DNA from: Felis catus
Taxonomy: Eukaryota
Assembly (NCBI RefSeq): GCF_018350175.1
Contig: NC_058374.1
Location: 82,584,001 to 82,648,000 of the forward strand
Direction: 5' to 3'
Length of the DNA stretch: 64,000 nucleotides
The number at the start of each line of letters is the position of its first letter. Within the stretch, counting starts at the first letter, position 1. The notes under the pieces are model-generated. The model made no database searches, was not told where the DNA came from, and was given only the letters and a program-made list of their open reading frames with translations. Made by a program: the position numbers and the translations under genes. This document shows, piece after piece, positions 59,401 through 64,000 of this stretch.

Positions 59401-62298
59401 TGCTGTCAGTGCAGAGCCCAACAGGGGGCTTGATCCCACAAACCCTGAGATCATGACCTGAGCCTAAATCAAGAGTCTGATGCTTAACTGACTGAGTCAC
59501 CCGGGCACCACCAAAGCAGAAGTTTTTGAATTTGAGATCTCCGAGACCATGCAAGGGGAAAGAGCCATCCAGAAGGCACATCTATGGCCCACTATGGTGT
59601 TCCTCCCCCTCCCTCTTGTTTGAACATCATGAATAAGCACCGTGCAGCAACTGTAGCCGTGGGTATGAGGAGCATTCTTAGGGATGTAGGGTGAAAAGAC
59701 CAAGGATGGACACATTGAGCATGGCAGCAGTGAAAGGGCAGGCAGAGGAAGAAGCGCCCTTCAAAGGGCCTGCAGTGTGGCCAGGGCAGTGGGGTGCTCA
59801 CCAGGAAAGAAAGGGTTAAGGAAATCAAAAGAAGAATGTATGAAAAGATAAGAAGTAGCCAAATGTTACTAAAAAACAAAATTAGGGGCACCTGGGTGGC
59901 TCAGTCTTGGTTTCGGCTCAGGTCATGATATCATGTTTTATGGGTTTGAGCCCCACATCAGGCTCTATACTGACAGCACAGAGCCTGCGTGGGATTCTCT
60001 CTCTTCCTCTGCACCCCCCGCCCCACCAACTCACGTGCTTGTGTGCATTCCCGCACTCTCTCTCTCTCAAAATAAATTAAAATAAATATAATAAAAAATT
60101 AGATGACCAAAAACTATTGACTTTGAAAATGAGGTCACTGATTATTGGAGCAACTTCAATGGCATGAAGAGTGAAGGGTGAGCAAAAGTAAAGAGGTATG
60201 GGAGTGGGGAGAGGGAGGTAATATAGGGGTGCCCTTCCCCTTCTGAAGTGTGAAGAGTCAGATACTTTCTAAAGTTGATAAAACAATAAGAGAGTTATAT
60301 GAACAGAAACCAATAGAACTTAATGGAACTATCAACAACACAAGCAAAGATAGAGAAGAGATGCAAATGAGCTCAATTCTTGACCTTGCATTGCAGGTCA
60401 GTAGACACCAAAGCTGACAAATCACAATAAAGTGATATATAGGCATATTAGCTAGAATTATGCTAGAACTAAGAAAACAGAAAGGGTTTACAGGTAGTTA
60501 CTTAGGAATAAGGAAATGGGGTTGGAAGGGCAGGAAACATTTAATTCCATTTTTACTGTTCTTTTTCTCCACCTATGCAGCTATTATAGCCCTTGGGCAT
60601 AATTTGTGAATGCCTGGGAAGTACAGATAGCATGGTCCACTCTGGTTAGGAAAGGAAGGGAAGCGGGACCAGCAACATGGCTTCTCTGTCACAAAGGGGA
60701 GTCTCTCTCCGAAACCACCCAAGTGTCCAAGCGTTTGGAACTAGAACACCAGGGTTAAATCATTGACCTCTTGACTCCACAGGTTCGGGGCGAGGGGAGT
60801 GGTGCACTGGGCTCACTTTCCCTGCCCCTCTCGGAGCTACTTGTGACTGACCAGCTCTGCTTGGACCGTTGGTTTACACTTAACAACGGACAAGGGCAGG
60901 TGCTGCTGAGAGCACAGCTGGGGGTGAGTGCCAGGAGATGACGGGCCAAGGGAGGATGGAAACCGAGGGCCACGCCCTCATAGCGAGGGAGTTGAGCGCG
61001 AGTCTGCCCTGCTCACGGCCTTCTTGCCTACCTAGATCCTGGTGTCCCAGCACTCAGGAGTGGAAGCGCACAGCCACAGCTACAGCCACAGCTCCTCATC
61101 TCTGAGTGAAGAACCAGAGCTCTGGGGGGGGCTGCCTCACATCACTTCCTCAGCCCCAGAGCTCCGGCAGCGCTTAACACATGGTGACAGGTAAGGGCTT
61201 TGGACAGAAAGATGGGGTGCAGTCAGGAATACAAAGGGTAAGCCACAGGCTCCCGAAGTACTACCTTCTTCCAGCACTATTTCCATCTCTCCATAGTCCT
61301 GTTGAGGCTCCAGCAGGGCCCCTGGGCCAGGTGAAACTGACGGTCTGGTATTACAGTGAAGAACGGAAGCTGGTCAGCATCGTGCACAGTTGCCGGTGAG
61401 ACCCTATGCTCCGGGTTCCCACCCTCCCTCCCCCCACCTTGGACTGCCTTCTACCTTCATCTCCCTGTTGCAGGGCCCTTCGACAAAATGGACGGGATCC
61501 CCCGGACCCCTACGTGTCACTGTTGCTACTGCCAGACAAGAACCGGGGCACCAAGAGAAAGACCTCACAGAAGAAGAGGACCCTAAATCCCGAATTCAGT
61601 GAGCGGTCAGTCAGGCATTCAGGGGGAGATGGCAGGCTTGGGAAGGAACCCCTGCCCCTAAGACCCAGTCCCTCCCCAGGTTTGAGTGGGAACTGCCCCT
61701 GGATGAGGCCTTGCGGCGAAAGCTGGATGTCTCTGTGAAGTCTAATTCCTCCTTCATGTCAAGAGAGCGTGAGCTGCTGGGGAAGGTAAGAGGGTGAGGA
61801 CAAGCAAGGCAAAGGTAAGACTTAGAAGCTGCTGGTAATGAGGCTATAGCCCCTCAGGGACTTAGGAAGGAAGCACTGAAGGTAACAGTACTATACAGGT
61901 GGTCTGCATAGTACCAGACCGCCACACTGCACTGGTTTGGACCAGGAATATGTGATGATGGGATGTGGTCTTTGGAGATGTCAAAATAACACCTTGCTCC
62001 TACCATCATCCACACAGGTGCAGCTGGACCTTGCAGAGATAGACCTTTCCCAGGGAGCAGCCCAGTGGTGAGTATCGGATAGGTGGGGAACGGGCCTGGA
62101 TATTTAAGAGAAATCCCAATCATAGGAAGGGAGAAAAGAATGCATTCTGAGGTGGGAACTGTTGATTCGCTGAAGTATAGGAGCACTTGGGTCATGTTTC
62201 ATTTATAAAAGGACACAGGTCACCTTTCTACCTGAGCTTCCTCTGCGTGTTCCCTCAGGTATGACCTCATGGATGACAAGGACAAGGGCAGTTCCTAG
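48939..62298 (+). CDS. ESYT1: Extended synaptotagmin-1 (membrane hairpin, SMP domain, five C2 domains), 31 exons, 1104 aa
   Basis: Exons 48939-49328, 50973-51014, 51193-51327, 51445-51518, 51640-51712, 51872-51961, 52138-52193, 52626-52749, 52838-53014, 53142-53224, 53571-53619, 53750-53836, 53939-54031, 54261-54332, 54544-54630, 56068-56217, 56533-56688, 56813-56989, 57162-57244, 57371-57419, 57529-57618, 57733-57828, 58111-58182, 58275-58361, 60783-60923, 61036-61190, 61297-61395, 61474-61605, 61680-61785, 62018-62067, 62259-62298 (sum 3315 nt). Hydrophobic hairpin LLVLVPVYLAGAVGLSVGFVLFGLALYLGW, SMP start EKAEWLNK, GKSDPY C2 motifs, ends DKGSS*. Confidence 0.97.
53350..53434. repeat. Compound (CT)n(CA)n microsatellite in ESYT1 intron 10
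   Basis: About 20 units of each, seen directly. Confidence 0.95.
54363..54408. repeat. (GT)n(GC)n alternating purine-pyrimidine tract in ESYT1 intron 14
   Basis: Seen directly. Confidence 0.9.
55070..55448. mobile_element. SINECs in ESYT1 intron 15
   Basis: Short + copy ~55070-55185 (flanking repeat tacaggttct) and full - copy ~55240-55448. Confidence 0.85.
58825..60095. mobile_element. Three SINECs in ESYT1 intron 24
   Basis: ~58825-59015(+), ~59315-59510(-), ~59885-60095(+). Confidence 0.85.
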
Positions 62299-63081
62299 GA
62301 GCCAAGGATTACCAGCCTGACTACTGTCTCCTTGCCTTGCCTCTTGCTGCATCACCTCAATGTGATGAGCCTACAGCTAGGGCCCAAGGGCAGAGCCTGT
62401 GCCCCTCACCCTCTCACCTCCCAGGCCCATGCCAGGGCCTTTGCCTGACCAAAGAGGAGGACCACAGGTTACCCTTTACTGCATGGCCTCAGGCAGAGAC
62501 CTGAGCTGGCTATTTCCTGCTCTGCCTGCACATTCTTCTCCTTCCCTCCCAACTCCTCAGGGCCTTCTGTACCTGTGCCTGGCCACTGGCAGCACCTGCA
62601 GTGGCATCAGCTTATGCCAAATATAGCTTTTGGAAAGACCTTTTTTTCTTTAATTGGATGCTCACCTTCTTCCCCACCATGAACAGTCAGGGAGGGTAAA
62701 CACATAGGTGGGAAGGTGGACAGGCTAAACACTCAAGTCAAGAGTCTCTTGGACTATTGCATGTAGTAAATGTACAGCAACCCAGGCCCACAGGGCCGGT
62801 TCTGTCCCCACTTTTCCTCAAGTCTGTCCTGCAAATTACACCTGCTGTGATGACTAGGGCAGTCTCTTCACTCACTTTGGGAATGAGAACACTTAGATCC
62901 TATCCAAGCCTTCAAGTAGTGGATATCAATCTTGGAACCTCTAGCTGGTGCTGTGCAGAGGAACTCGGAGGACTCGGGCCAGCAGGGCCAATGTTTTGCC
63001 CAGGTGCCTAGGCTGTTAACTCACTGACGAGAACTGAATCTCTTGGTTTTGCACCAACTCTGCCAATCCACTGTATCTTAC

Positions 63082-63087
63082 ATTAAA
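63082..63087 (+). terminator. ESYT1 poly(A) signal ATTAAA
   Basis: Variant hexamer ~780 nt after the stop, followed by GU/U-rich sequence. Confidence 0.6.
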
Positions 63088-63141
63088 CATTATACTCAAA
63101 CCAGCTGTGGCTCTTTTCCTTAAGGACAGGGAATCCAGCTT

Positions 63142-63715
63142 CTGTCACTATTTGCAGATGACATGACATTCTATTTAGGAAACCTTAAAGACCACCAAAA
63201 AACTTAGAACTCAAAATTCAGTAAAGTTGTAGAATACAAAATCAACATACAAAAATCTGTTGCATTTCTAATCAGGTACATTAAAACAATCCCATTTACA
63301 GTGGTTTCAAAGAGTGAAAGACCCAAAAATAAATTTAACCAAGGAAGTGAAAGACCTGTACACTGAAAACTATAACACTTTAGGAAAGGAACTAAAGACA
63401 GATAAAAGACATGCTATGTNNNNNNNNNNNNNNNNNNNNNNNNNNNNNNNNNNNNNNNNNNNNNNNNNNNNNNNNNNNNNNNNNNNNNNNNNNNNNNNNN
63501 NNNNNNNNNNNNNNNNNNNNNNNNNNNNNNNNNNNNNNNNNNNNNNNNNNNNNNNNNNNNNNAAGCAATCTTGAGAAGGAAGAACAAAGCTAGAGGCACC
63601 ATACTTCTTGATCTCAAAGTATATTGTAAAGATATAGTAAAGAAAACAGTAAGGTATTGGCATAAAAAACAGGTCAACACAACAGAGAGCCCAGAAATAA
63701 ACCCACACATACAGG
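63142..63715 (+). mobile_element. Degenerate LINE-1 ORF2 reverse-transcriptase fragment
   Basis: ctatttgcagatgacatg encodes LFADDM; later INLTKEVKDLYTENY; contains frameshifts and gap 63420-63562. Confidence 0.85.
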
Positions 63716-64000
63716 TTTCCTCTGCTATCTGAAGGTAGAACATTCGTGTGAAATCTTTCCTAATCTGAAATAATGTAAAGTAAAAAATTAATTCCCATTA
63801 ATTTATATGGAGAAATTCTTTGAGAATTCCCAGACCCCAAAAATACTCTCTTCTAGGCTTCTCTGACCCTTGAGGGCACATCTTGCAAACAGATGCACAA
63901 AATAAATTGAAATAATGCACAGACGCTTATAGTTCAAAGCTATGGCCATTTGATGCTGAGTACAGTTCCCAGGGAAGAAGCTTGGTTCTCCCTGCTTGGG

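Overview
Mammalian genomic DNA, probably cat family: the tRNA-derived SINEs resemble felid Can-SINE/SINEC_Fc. Five intact-looking + strand genes lie in the order known from human chr12q13: ERBB3 (28 coding exons, 8638-25340, 1339 aa), PA2G4/EBP1 (27621-34876; exon 3 falls in an N gap), RPL41 (25-aa protein on three micro-exons, 38293-39043, missed by the ORF track), ZC3H10 (single coding exon 42225-43532, partly gapped) and ESYT1 (31 exons, 48939-62298, 1104 aa). Exons were placed by hand from GT/AG boundaries and reading-frame continuity. The first ~7 kb is a mosaic of SINEs and L1 fragments, and an L1 reverse-transcriptase fragment lies near the right end. There are five N gaps. I found no CRISPR array, rRNA, tRNA gene or snoRNA, and I cannot show a new biological system. 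The best leads are inferences: a phase-compatible ERBB3 exon 27 to PA2G4 exon 2 read-through fusion; an ESYT1 internal duplication whose 960-nt unit is flanked by inverted SINEs and could be skipped or circularised in frame; uORFs in ERBB3 and ZC3H10; two SINEs stacked at one target site; and a fully antisense SINE set in the ERBB3 introns.
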